Part shown: in pieces, positions 17,201 to 28,298 of the stretch
Layout of the letters: every line of letters begins with the position of its first letter
Position numbering within the stretch: position 1 is the first letter of the stretch
Origin: Thecamonas trahens ATCC 50062
Taxonomy: Eukaryota; Protista; Apusomonadida
DNA length: 31,779 bases
Assembly: GCF_000142905.1 (NCBI RefSeq)
Contig: NW_013657631.1
Location: 257,323 to 289,101, forward strand
Reading direction: 5' to 3'
Notes under the pieces: generated by a model
What the model was told of the DNA's origin: nothing
The model's input: the letters and a program-made list of their open reading frames with translations, nothing else
The model's database searches: none
Program-made: the position numbers and the translations under genes

Positions 17201-20200
17201 GCGCTGTACTCTGCTCAGGATGATCTGCAGGGTCTGCAAGAGGCGCTCTCTGAGGTGTCGGCGTTCCAGATCCGGACCGAGGCCGGCAAGCTGCTACGGT
17301 CGAAGCTGTCGGCTACGGTCGGCATCCGTGTGGCGATTCGTGACCAGGACTGGGATGGGCTGCGATCTGCAGTGGATGCGGCGCTCGCACTGGGGCTTGC
17401 CGGTATGCCAGATGTTGTGGCGGCGGAGGAGGGCCTCGCGCTGAGGGCGCGGATGGCAGAGGTGGGATCCGCGCTGGTGGCTGAGGTTCCGCGCAAGGTG
17501 CTCCCGGCGCTCCTTGCGGTGCTGGCGCAAGCGCGCGAGCTGGAGATGGGTAGCTCGCTGTACTCGTCGTGGCGCGACGAGGTGGCGGGCGCAGAGGCGC
17601 AGGCGGCCGCGCATGCGGCGTTGCTGGAGGATTTGCGGACGCAGCTCAAGCCACTGGAACGGACAGTGACGCCGGCGCGGGCGGTGCTGGAGCTCAAGAC
17701 ACAGATTGGCGTTGCAGACGAGTTCGGGCTTGTGGCGCAGGACGACCTGGCGCTTGTTGAGGCGGCGCGGACGCTGCTCGCTGTTCGCGAAGGGGTGTCT
17801 GGGAAGGAGTGGCGGAAGCTGGAGAACGCCGTGGCGTCTGCTGCGCGGCAGCCGAGCATTGCGGACCACCCGGAGGTTGCGGCGGGCAAGGAAGGTCTTG
17901 CGCTGCGGGCCAAGATGCTCGGCGTGGCCGGGCAGCTCTCGACGCAGATGTCGGCGCGTGCGATGCAGGGTCTGGCGCAGGCGCTCGAGGACGCGGAGGC
18001 GCTTGACATGAAGACCTCGTACTGGTCGACGTGGGAGGACGTGGTTGTGGCCGGAGAGGTGCAGCTGGCGCAGCACAAGCGGATTGTCAAGAACCTCAAG
18101 GCTTGCACGGGACCTGGGACTCAGCTGCAGATCGATTCGCTGGAGGCAGCGCTTGCTGACGCGCGCGCGTTTGGCCTGCGGCAGCCTGCAGACACGGCGC
18201 TTGTCTCGCTCGGCACGCTCCTCCTGGAGCTGCGGCGCGCACTGGCGGCGCGCGACTGGGCGGTGTTGGGCCAGTGCGTGGCGCGTGCGGCGTCGTCGGG
18301 AATCTCAGCGCCGGAAGTGGCACAGGTCAAGGCCGGCCTCGAGCTGCGGGAGCAGATGCACGAGGTTGCATCGCGACTGAGCGTGGCCAAGGCGAAGCAC
18401 GACTCTGAGGCGCTGCGCGACGCGATGGGCACAGCAGTGCGGCTGGAGATGGAGGACTCGATGTGGTCGACGTGGAGCGAGCTTGTTGTGGCGTGCGAGA
18501 ACCAGCTCCGGCGGCATCTGGAGCTGCTGCGTGCGCTGCGTGCGACGCTCGCACCCGGCACCTCGAAGCTCATTGACCAGCTGCAGTCTGTGCTCAACAA
18601 TGTGGCGGCGTTTGGGTTCAAGACCCGTGACGACTGCGTGCTCGAGGAGCAGGGCCGGATTACGCTCTCGCTCCGCAAGGCGATTGCGGCGCGGGCATGG
18701 GACGACATTGCCGGCGCGCTGGCGTCTGCCGCAGCGGCCGGCTACACCTCGACCGAGGTCTCTGCCGCCAACTCCGGCCTGGAGCTGCGGGCTAAGATGG
18801 AGGTGGTGGCGACCAAGCTGAGCAAGGCGGCTGCGGCGCATGATGCCAAGGCGATGGCGGCTGGTCTGGGCGAGGCCGACACGCTGGAGATGGCTACGTC
18901 ATACTGGTCGACGTGGTCCGAACTGCTGGAAAGGTGGAGCGGCAGCTGGTTACCCACCGGGCTGTTGTGGCGTCGCTCAAGGAGACGACGGCACCAGGCA
19001 CGTCCAAGCTTGTTGAGCCGCTACAGGACGCGATCGAGGCTGCGACCGAGTACGGGCTGTGGACGGACTTGGACGCAGACTTGCTCCGCGGAGCGGAGAT
19101 CACGCTGCAGGCACGGATTGGGTTTGCGTCGCGCGATTGGGAAGCTGTCCGCAAGGCGACGCAAGCTGCGTTTGTGGCCGGGCACGAGACCTCTGAGCTC
19201 CGCGAGCTTGCCGAGGGACTCAAGCTCCGGGCGAAGATGTCTGGTGTGGCCGAGGCGCTACGCCGTGCGATGGAGGCACACGACGCGGTGGCGCTGGACG
19301 CGGCGCTGCTGGACGCGTCGGGCCTGCGGATGGAGAGTTCAGCGTGGTCGACGTGGCAGGAGCTGATGGAGAAGGCGCGGGCGCAGCGAACGCAGCACGC
19401 GGATTTGCTCAGCGACTTGCGGCACTGGCTATCGGCTGGCAAGGAACGTGCGATCGAGCCGCTGGCCGACGCGCTTGCAGCCGGAGTGCAGTACGGTTTC
19501 TGTGTGGCAGAGGACGTGCAGGTGCTTAACGAGGCCAAGCTCGTTCTCCAAATCCGCAAGGGCTTCGATGCCAAGGACTACACGTCTGTGCGGTCGCAGG
19601 TGCGGCGGGCAACGCAGCTTGGACTCGCCAGCTCGCGCGAAATCGCGGCAGCGGCGCAAGTGCTTGAGGCGCGGTCGCAGATGGAGGCGACTGCTCGCAA
19701 GCTCAAGGCCGCGGCAGCGGCGCACGACGCGCCGGCGTTGAGGGCGGCACTTGTGGAGGCGCGCGGGTGCGAAATGGGTACATCGCCGCACTCGTCATGG
19801 GTCTCGGAGGTGGTGGAGGCCAAAGAGCTGCTGTCGAAGCATCGGTCGCTGCTTGTGCGGCTCCGAGTGGCGGCGGCACCCAAGTCGCGTAACCTGATTG
19901 GGCCGCTTGCGGCGGCGCTGCAAGAGGCGATCGACTTTGGGCTGTGGACACCTGCGGACGCAGGAGTGCAGCAAAACGCATCGATTGTGCTCCGTGCGCG
20001 ACAGGCTCTCGACGCGCAGTCGTGGCAGGGTCTCAAGGCCGCGCTTGACTCTGCGCTAGTGGCGCAGCTGGACAACGAGGAGATCCGGTGGTACCGCGAG
20101 GGCCTTGCGCTGCGGCACAAGATGAGCGCAGTGGCCGAGTCGCTGGAGCGCGCTGTGCGCAGCCGCGACGTCGACGCACTGGTGGCTGGTGTGGAGGAGG

Positions 20201-21597
20201 CGACGACCCGCGAGGTGGACATGATCTCGTCGCCGTGGTCGTCGTGGTCGCCGCTGGTCGACTCTGCAGCGGAGCTGGCGGAGGAGGGCAAGTCGCTGCG
20301 GACGAGGCTGCGGTCGTCGCTGGAGCCGCCGGCCGAGGTGGGTGATGCCAGCGCAGCCGAGGCGGCGCACCTTGCGCTGCTGGATGCTGCCGACGAGTAC
20401 GGGTTTACGCTCGGCGACGACCTCGAGCTTGTGCGGCAGTCGCGGCTGTACCACCAGGTCCGTGTTGCGCTTCGTAGCTCCGACTGGAGCCGGCTCGAAG
20501 CCACGCTCCGGTCTGCGCTCAGCTTTGGAATGGAGAGCCCGGAACTTGCAGCGGCGGCAGAGGCTGTGCATCTTGCACGGCAGCGTGCCGAGATGGCAGC
20601 GCTGCTCAAGTCGGCAATGCAAGACGTGTACAACTACGAGCGCAACGTGCTCGGGATGGCACTGGAGCAGGCGGAGCCGCTGCGGCTGCACGAGTCCGAG
20701 TACGCGCTGCTAGAGCAGGAGGCGAAGAAGCTGGCGGCACAGATCGAGACAGTGCGCGGCTCGCTGGAGAGCGGGACTGCCAATGTGGATGCTGCGGAGC
20801 TGAGCGTTGCGCTGGAGCTCGCGGCCGACATCGGGTACGAGACGGTGCAGGTGGCATCTGCACGTGTGCTCCTCCACGAGATCCAGTCGATTGTGGACGG
20901 AGCGTCTGTGGCGCTTTCGACCCGCGACGTCAAGGTGCTGCAGCAGCTGCTGCGGCGGGCCAAGATGATCAATCTTCGGGCGCCGCCGATTCCGGAGATC
21001 GAGATGAAGCTGCCTTTGTTTGTGTACTCGGAAGGTGACAAGCAGGTGAAGGACTTTGAGCGGCTGCGCGACGCTGAGAGCTTTGCGTCAAAGAAGTGGT
21101 TCGGACGGAGCTCGGCAGCGCAGAGCATGCTCATGTGGTCGGGCTCGCCGCTGCCCAACTCGCTGACGCAGCTCGACTCGGCCGGTGAAGTCAAGATTGC
21201 GTTGCAGGCGTTCACCAATTTGCTGGCGTACATGGGCGACCGCAAGTCCGGTGGGGTGTTCTCGTCCAAGAAGGCCGGCGGTGAGAAGCCGATGCGGTTC
21301 CTCGTCGAGCTCGGACGCGGCAACTCGGGCTCGCCGCTCGCAGATGAGCTCTACGTCCAGCTTGTCAAGCAGCTGAGCGAGAACCCGCATGTAGAGTCGG
21401 AGGCCTTTGGCTGGCGGCTCATGGAGGCGTACGTTCAGACCTTCCTCCCCTCGGCCGCCTTTTTCGTCTACCTCGAGTGGTTCCTCATCAACCAGCCCGT
21501 GGTCGACGGCCGCCCCGGGGCCGCACAGTACGTTGCCTGGCTCCGCGGGACGCGTGCCGAAGGCGCCGCTGGTGCCGCCAGCGCGTCGAGTGCGTGA
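14273..21597 (+). CDS. Giant unconventional myosin A (class IV-like): WW, N-terminal SH3-like, motor, one IQ, 7 x ~147-aa repeats, MyTH4; ~2440 aa after correcting a 1-nt frameshift at 18930-18932
   Basis: WQELTTEDGLVYYYN (WW), GESGAGKTE, LEAFGNA, NSSRFGK, LDIFGFE, FEQLCINYANEKLQ, HYVRCIKPN, AQAAFRGFRARK (IQ), and LAYMGD...DELYVQLVKQL...GWRLM...F.PS (MyTH4). ORFs 13649-19366 and 18913-21597 join into one repeat-consistent protein. Confidence 0.92.
14603..17031 (+). repeat. Copy 1 of a ~2.43-kb near-perfect direct repeat (myosin motor, IQ and proximal tail)
   Basis: Matches 22194-24622 at a constant offset of 7591 nt; I found about a dozen substitutions by eye and no indels. Confidence 0.95.
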
Positions 21598-21739
21598 GGA
21601 TATTGCCTGATAAAGTGATCAAAGCTTTGCCGTTGCGGGCACAGCTGTTGTTGGGAGCGGTGGCAGGAGCGGTGGCTGCGCCAGTGCCTGCCACTCCACT
21701 TTCGTCGACTTGCGTGAGCAAGGAACGAGCAGCTGGAGC

Positions 21740-21762
21740 AAGCGAGCGAGCGAGCGAGCGAG
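21740..21762. repeat. (GCGA)n microsatellite between the two myosins
   Basis: agcgagcgagcgagcgagcgag. Confidence 0.75.
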
Positions 21763-21851
21763 GGCACGACACAGCAGGCTTGGTCTGTGACGTTGGTACT
21801 GACTGTGTGATTGAAAGAAGACACCATTTTGTACACGTTGTAGGTGTGCGT

Positions 21852-24800
21852 ATGTCTGCGTTGGCAAGTCGGTCCGGAGTGAGCGAGGCCGAAGCAGCCG
21901 AGCTGGCGCGTGACCCGAGCCTGTGGCAGGAGCTGACAACCGAGGACGGGCATGTGTACTACTACCATGCGGTGTTGGACGTAACCGACGAGGACAAACC
22001 GCGGTGTCTCCGCGGCGGCGACGAAGATGGTTATGACGGCGCAGAGTGGGTCTGGGTCCCCGACGAGGTCGATGGCTACAAGGCCGGCAGAGTCCGTGGC
22101 TCGGACCCGGCGACAGGCCTGCCGCTCGAGGTCGACATTCTCGATGGTGAGCTTGTGGTTGTCCGCAAGAAGGACCGTGCTCGGTGCTTGCCACTCTCGC
22201 CGGGCTCGCTCCGCAAGAACCGTGACGACCTTGTGCAGATGGGCGAGATCGACGAGGGCATCATTCTCCACAACCTCAAGAAGCGGTTCATGGAGGATAC
22301 CATTTACACCAACATCGGGCCGATTCTCATCATCGTCAACCCGTACCGGTGGATGAAGCTCTACACCGAAGAGATCATGGAGAAGGTTCGCAACCGCGGC
22401 ATCCAGATGCTCAAGCCGCACATCTTCAACATTGCCGACGACGCTTTCCGGCAGTTGTCGGAGAAGATGGCGTCGGGCGAGAATCCGAATCAGTCGATCC
22501 TCATTTCAGGCGAGTCGGGTGCCGGCAAGACCGAGGCGACCAAGCAGGCGCTCAAGTACCTTGCGCACTGCGCCGGGTCGGGCGAGACTTCGGGTGTGGA
22601 GCAGAAGCTGCTTGCGGCGAACCCGCTGCTGGAGGCGTTTGGCAACGCGGCGACGCTGCGGAACCACAACTCGTCGCGGTTTGGCAAGTGGATGGAGGTG
22701 TTTTTTGACTCGCGGCGGCGGATTGTGGGCGCCAAGATCAACAACTACCTGCTGGAAAAGTCGCGTGTCTCGCACCAGATCGGCGGCGAGCGCAACTTCC
22801 ACATTTTCTACCAGCTCTGCCAGGCGCGCGAGATTGCGGAGATGTACTCGCTGGGGCGGGCAGAGGAGTATGCGTTTGTGCGCGGGCGGACGGTCATCGA
22901 CGACGCGCACTTTTCAGATGCCAAGGACTTTGCCGAGGTGCTGGAGGCGATGGACATGTTCAACATCAAGGAGGGCGCGGACCGGCAGTCGATTTTCCGG
23001 TTGGTGGCGGGTATTCTCCACTTTGGCAACCTTGAGTTTGCTCGCGATGACTCGGGCGAGGGCTCGCGCATCCGCAACCCCGAAACGCTCGCGGTCGCAG
23101 CCAGCATGTTCTGTGTGCCAGAGGCTGCGCTCGAGCGTGCGGTCTTGTTCCGGACGCTGACGTTCAAGCGGCAGGATGACGTCATTGTGCCGCTTACGCC
23201 AGAGCAGGCAGCCGACAACCGCAACGCACTGGCACGAACGCTGTACAACTCGATGTTCAACTGGCTGGTGGTGCGGGTCAACCAGGTGCTTGCGCCCAAG
23301 GGCGGAGTCGGCGGCCTCAACCTCATCGGGATCCTGGACATTTTCGGGTTTGAGATTTTCCAGAACAACTCGTTCGAGCAGCTCTGCATCAACTACGCTA
23401 ACGAGAAGCTGCAGCAGCACTTTAACCAGCACACGTTCAAGATGGAGCAGCAGCTGTACATGGACGAGGGCATCAACTTTGAGGAAGTCAAGTTTGTGGA
23501 CAACCAGCCGTGCCTGGACCTGCTCGAGCGTAAGCCGCACGGCATCCTCATCATGCTTGACGAGGAGCTGCTCGCGCCGTCGGGTTCTGACGATCGGTTC
23601 CTAGACAAGCTCAACTCACGGCACTCGAAGAAGACGGAGCGGTTCTCGATGGCGTTCCGGACGCCCAACACGTTCAACGTGGAGCACTACGCTGGACAGG
23701 TGACGTACGACGTGCGCGGGTTTCTGGAGAAGAACAAGGACACGATCGAGAAGGATCTGCTGACGCTTGTGCACGCGTCGACAGACCAGTTCATCCAGCA
23801 CTTGTTTGAGTCTGTGGGCGCCGATTCCAAGTCGCGAAAGCAGAGTACAGCGTTCCAGTTCCGGACGCAGCTCGGGTCGCTGATGAAGGAGCTCCAGGCG
23901 ACGACGCCGCATTATGTGCGGTGCATCAAGCCGAACTCGGTGTTCAAGCCGCGGATCTGGAGCGGGCGCGACTCGCTGCTCCAGCTGCGGTACTCGGGAG
24001 TGTTTGAGGCTGTCCGCATCCGGCAGACCGGGTTCCCGTTCCGGTACAGCCACGCCGAGTTTATCCGGCGGTACGGGGTGTTCAACTCGTGGGCGCGCAA
24101 GTCGAGCGAGGCTGCGACGTGCAAGGACATTCTGGAGAGCGTGCGCGGCGACTTTTCCGAGGTGCAGATCGGACGGACGCGCGTGCTGTACCGGGCCAAG
24201 ATGCACCGTGCGCTCGAGGTGCGACTGTCGATCATTCTGCATCGGATGGCGACCAAGGCGCAGGCCGCGTTCCGTGGATTCCGGGCACGCAAGCTGTTTG
24301 CGCAGATGAAGAAGGTGGACGCGGCGATGCGTGCGGCGATGGCAACGCTGGACGTGGACACGCTCCGTGCAGCGATTTCCGAAGCACGTGCGATGTGGTT
24401 CCAACTCGGGGTGACAGACGAGGCGGAGCGGCTGTGCGCGCGGCTTGAGGAGGAGCGCGGGCTGAACGCGGCGATGGAGCGGCTGCGGACTGCTGGTGAC
24501 CCAGAGGGCAACTACGAGGAGATTTTCCGGGTCATCTCGCGGGCCGAGGAGCTTGGGGTGGTCAACCCGGACATTGCGGTTCTGCGCGAGTCGATCCGGT
24601 CGATCCACGAGCGCAAGCAGGCAATTGTTCAACTTCGGCGCGGGATCAGCGAGTACTCGCGGGCCGACCTTGAGGCTGGGCTGGCGGCTGTGGCGCGGCT
24701 GGGGCTGAGTGCCCAGGAGCTTGTGGCGGCTGGACATGCAGCGCTGGAGCAGCTGAGGGCGGAAGAGGGTTTTGTGACGCTGGCGCAAGCGGCGCTCTCT

Positions 24801-27800
24801 GCCGGCCAAGCGAATGTAGGTGGAGTGCGGGATGCGCTGGAGGCTGGGCGGCGGATGGTGCTACGTACGAAGGGTGGCAAAGCGCTGATGGCAAAGCTGG
24901 AGGCTGTGCTTGCGGTGCGCGAAGCGCTTGTAGCGCGCGAATGGGAAGCGCTCCGGCGGGCTGTCGAGGCTGCACTGACGATGGGTCTTGGCGAGCTGGG
25001 GGACGTGGTTGCGGCACGCGAGGGGCTTGCGCTGCGTGAGCGAATGTCGGGCGTGGCGCGAGAGTTGAGCGCGGCGCAGGCGTCCAAAGTGCTGCTGACG
25101 CTGGAGGTGGCGCTAGCTCGTGCGCGTGAGCTGGAGATGGGCAGCTCGCTGTACTCGTCGTGGCGCGACGAGGTGGCGGATGCGGAGGCACAGGCAGCAG
25201 AGCATGCGTCGCTGGTCGGCGCGCTTGAGTCTTACACGGCGAGCAGCTCATCTTCTGTGGTAGGCCCACTGGAAGCAACGCTTCGTGCTGGCAAGGCGTT
25301 TGGATTTGTTGCGACGAGTGACGTAGAGCTGATGCAGCGCGGCGAGCTTCTGCTGCAGCTGCGGCGGCATCGCAGTGCACGCGAGTTTGAGGCGCTAGGC
25401 ACCCTCATGGAGACGATCGAAGCGGCCGCAAACAGGGTGCAGCTCTGGAATGTCCACGACGAGGTGGCCGACGTTGTGGCTGGGCTTGAGCTTCGCGCGT
25501 CGATGGCGGCGCACGCCGACACGATTGCGGAGGCTGTTGCTGGACGCGATGCCGACGCGCTGCATGCTGCGCTTGTGGCCGCGGACGATGGCGAGCCGCT
25601 GCTGATGTCGACGTCTTTCTGGTCGTCCTGGGTCGACGAGGTTGCAAGCGGTGCGAGTTTCTTGGAGCAGCTCCGGGCGGTACTGCGGGGCTGGAAGCGG
25701 CGAGCTTGCCTGCGGGCGACATGGCCAAGTTTGAGAGCTCTGTCTCGGACGTAGCGCTGGGCATGGAGGCTGCCGTGAAGTCCGGACGCAAGCTTGGGCT
25801 AGTGCGCGAGGTCGACGTGGCGCTCCTCGAGTTTGTGGAGGAGCTGCTTGCACTGCGTCGTGGATTGTTTGACCGCAAGTGGGCGAGCATGCAGGCGAGC
25901 GTGCGGCGGGCAAGCGAGCTCGGGTTCGGCGAGCATAGTGATGTGAGCTACGTGCGCGACGGGCTGCGGCTGCGGGCCAAGATGAGCGGCGTGGCACAGC
26001 GACTGGAGGCTGCGACGCGGGTGGCCGATGCCGACGTGCTGGTGGACGAGCTCAACATGGCGGCGTCACTCAAGATGAGCTCGTCGTACTGGTCCAGCTG
26101 GCAGGATGTGGTGAGCCGCGGGCAGGAAAAGCTCGCTGCGCACCGCGCAGTGGTGGCAGAGCTCGATGAGGCGCTTAACGTGTGGCACGACGGCGACGTG
26201 GCGGCAGCGACGTCGGCGGTGGCGGCGGGCGAGGCGTTCGGGTTTGGGATGCCGGACGATGTGGCACGGCTGGCGCTGGCACGCGATGTGCTCAAGGTCC
26301 GCCATGCTGTAGCAAGCGGGTCGTGGCAGGAGCTTGAGGGCTTGAGCGGACCGCATGCGGAGCTGGAGCGCGCGCAGCAGATAGTGGCGGATCGTCGTGC
26401 GATGGCTGCGCTCGTGCCTACGCTCGAGCAGGCAGCGGCCGGCCGCAATGCGGCCGACCTTGCGGCAGCAATCCATGCCGGGCGCAAGCTGAAGATGGAC
26501 ACTGCAGAGTATTCCTCGTGGCATGCAGAGATGGCGGCGGCCAAGACTGCGCTAACAACGCACCGTGCTATTCTTGCCAGGCTTCGGAGCGCGAGTGCGG
26601 CGCGTGCGTCACTGCGGTCAGAGGGGCTAGCGGTTGCAGTGGCCGCTGCAGAGGCGCTCGGGTTGCGAAAGGCGAGCGAAGTGGCAGAGCTGGAGCGCGC
26701 ACAGGTAGCGCTGCGGCTCCGTGTGGCCGAGTCGAGTGAGTCGTGGGACGAGCTCGCGAGTGCGTTGGACTCTGCGCTTGTGGTGCAGCTGGAGAACGAG
26801 GAGACGAAGCGTGCGCGTGCCGGGCTTGCGCGGCTGCGGCGGATCGACAAGCTTGCAGAGAAGATGGAAGCGGCGATGATGATGCGGCACACTGGAGTTC
26901 TTGCGCTCTGCCTGACTGTTGCGGCGGAGGAAGACATGGAGTGGAGCAGCTGGTCGCGGTGGCGGGGGCTTGTGGGTGAGGCGCGGGCTGTGCAGGCGCG
27001 GTCGGCGGAGCTGCGTGAGCAGCTGCGAGAGACGCTGGAGGTACCGAGCGGGACGAGCGGGCGGTCTGCGGCGTTTCTGGGCGCGCATGCTCGTGTACTC
27101 GACGAGGCGGCCGACTTTGGGTTTGAGCTCAAGGAGGACGTGGACCTGTTTGCCAGCTCGAAGATTGTGTACCTCGTGCGCGAAGCGTGGGCGAAGCAGG
27201 CGTGGGCAGAGCTTGAGCAGCACCTCAAGACGGCAGCGGCGTGTGGAGTGCAGTCGAGCGAGCTTGTTGTGGCGGTGGAGGCGCTGCACGAGTGGGCGCA
27301 GATGTCCGGGCTGGCGTCGCTGGTAGAGGCCGCGGTTGCAGACCGGGCCAACTACGCGCGCGGGACACTGCGGAGCGTGCTGGAGCAGGCACGAGGAGCC
27401 GGGCTGGAGGAGAGCACCGAGTTTGGTGAGGTGTACGCAGCGGCGGCAAGAGTGCAGGCCGAGGTGGAGGCTGTGGACGAGCTTGTGGCGAGCGGGGCGG
27501 AGGAAGGGTCTGTGGAGAAGCTCAGTTCTGCACTTGCGCGTGCAGAGGCTATCGGGTACGACGGCGGCGGACGGGTGGCGGCGGCACGCAAGCTCCGCGA
27601 CGCACTTGCCGAGGCGTTTAACGAGGCCGAGCTCGGGTGCGCTGAGGGCGACGCCAAGATCCTGCAGGTTGCGGTGCGCAAGCTGAAGGCGCTGGGCGGT
27701 GAGGCCCGGCGGGTCTCTGACTACGAAGCCGAGCTCGCGATGTACCAGTACGAAGCCGGCGAGCTTGCGCTGGATGGGTACGGCGGGCTGCGAACACCGG

Positions 27801-28291
27801 AGGCGTTTGCGTCGACCAAGTGGTTCGGCAAGGCGGCTGCGGCTGCAGGGATGATGGAGTTTTCGGACAAGAGCCTTCCCAACTCGCTCGTGCAGCTCGG
27901 CGAGGCTGGCGAGGTGAAGACGGCTGTGGCGGCGTTTGATAAGCTGCTTGTGGTGTTTGGGCTCCGGCGCGGGTCGCGGAGCGCGGCGCTGGAAGCGCTG
28001 ATGGCGTTGGGGCGGAGCGGGAGTGGGACGCTACTTGCGACAGAGCTTTGGCTGCAGGTCATCAAGCAGATGAGCGGACGAAGCGTGAGCGCGGCGGAGC
28101 GTGTGACCGGGTACGAGGTTCTGAGTGCTTACGCGGGCGCGTTTGCACCGTCGGATGACTTTGCGCCGTTCCTCGACTGGTGGCTGATGACTGCCGGGCG
28201 CGGCGGCGGCGGCGAGGCTGGGGCGCAGGTTTGCGCGTCTGTGCGCCGGGCGTTGCGTGCGCTCCGCGGCGGCGTTGGAGCGTCACGGTAA
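21852..28291 (+). CDS. Giant unconventional myosin B, tandem paralogue: same architecture with 5 x ~147-aa repeats and a divergent MyTH4; ~2146 aa after correcting a 1-nt frameshift at 25687-25690
   Basis: The motor translation is the same as copy A. ORFs 21477-25754 and 25706-28291 join by adding one G (VLRGLEAASLPAGD). The C-terminal SLPNSLVQL...ELWLQVIKQM...FAPS aligns with the MyTH4 of copy A. Confidence 0.92.
22194..24622 (+). repeat. Copy 2 of the ~2.43-kb near-perfect direct repeat
   Basis: Matches 14603-17031. Confidence 0.95.
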
Positions 28292-28298
28292 AGACCGC

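Noticed and set aside
21477-21851. Upstream extension of the myosin B ORF, or a read-through fusion of the two myosins
   Set aside because: It overlaps the end of myosin A in a different frame and crosses a microsatellite. Myosin A's frame meets another stop shortly after its TGA.
14603-24622. The 2.4-kb direct repeats as LTRs or a composite transposon
   Set aside because: The repeats are myosin motor coding sequence, with no transposase, reverse transcriptase, terminal motifs or target-site duplication.
498-27351. Numerous long antisense and alternate-frame ORFs (e.g. 498-1610, 9771-11060, 19578-20633, 25948-27351)
   Set aside because: These are shadow ORFs expected from high GC and strong codon bias opposite real genes, with no recognisable motifs.
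9720-28291. Calling the thiolase and both myosins pseudogenes
   Set aside because: Each has only one lesion, intact catalytic motifs and long undamaged downstream frames. Sequencing error is more parsimonious.
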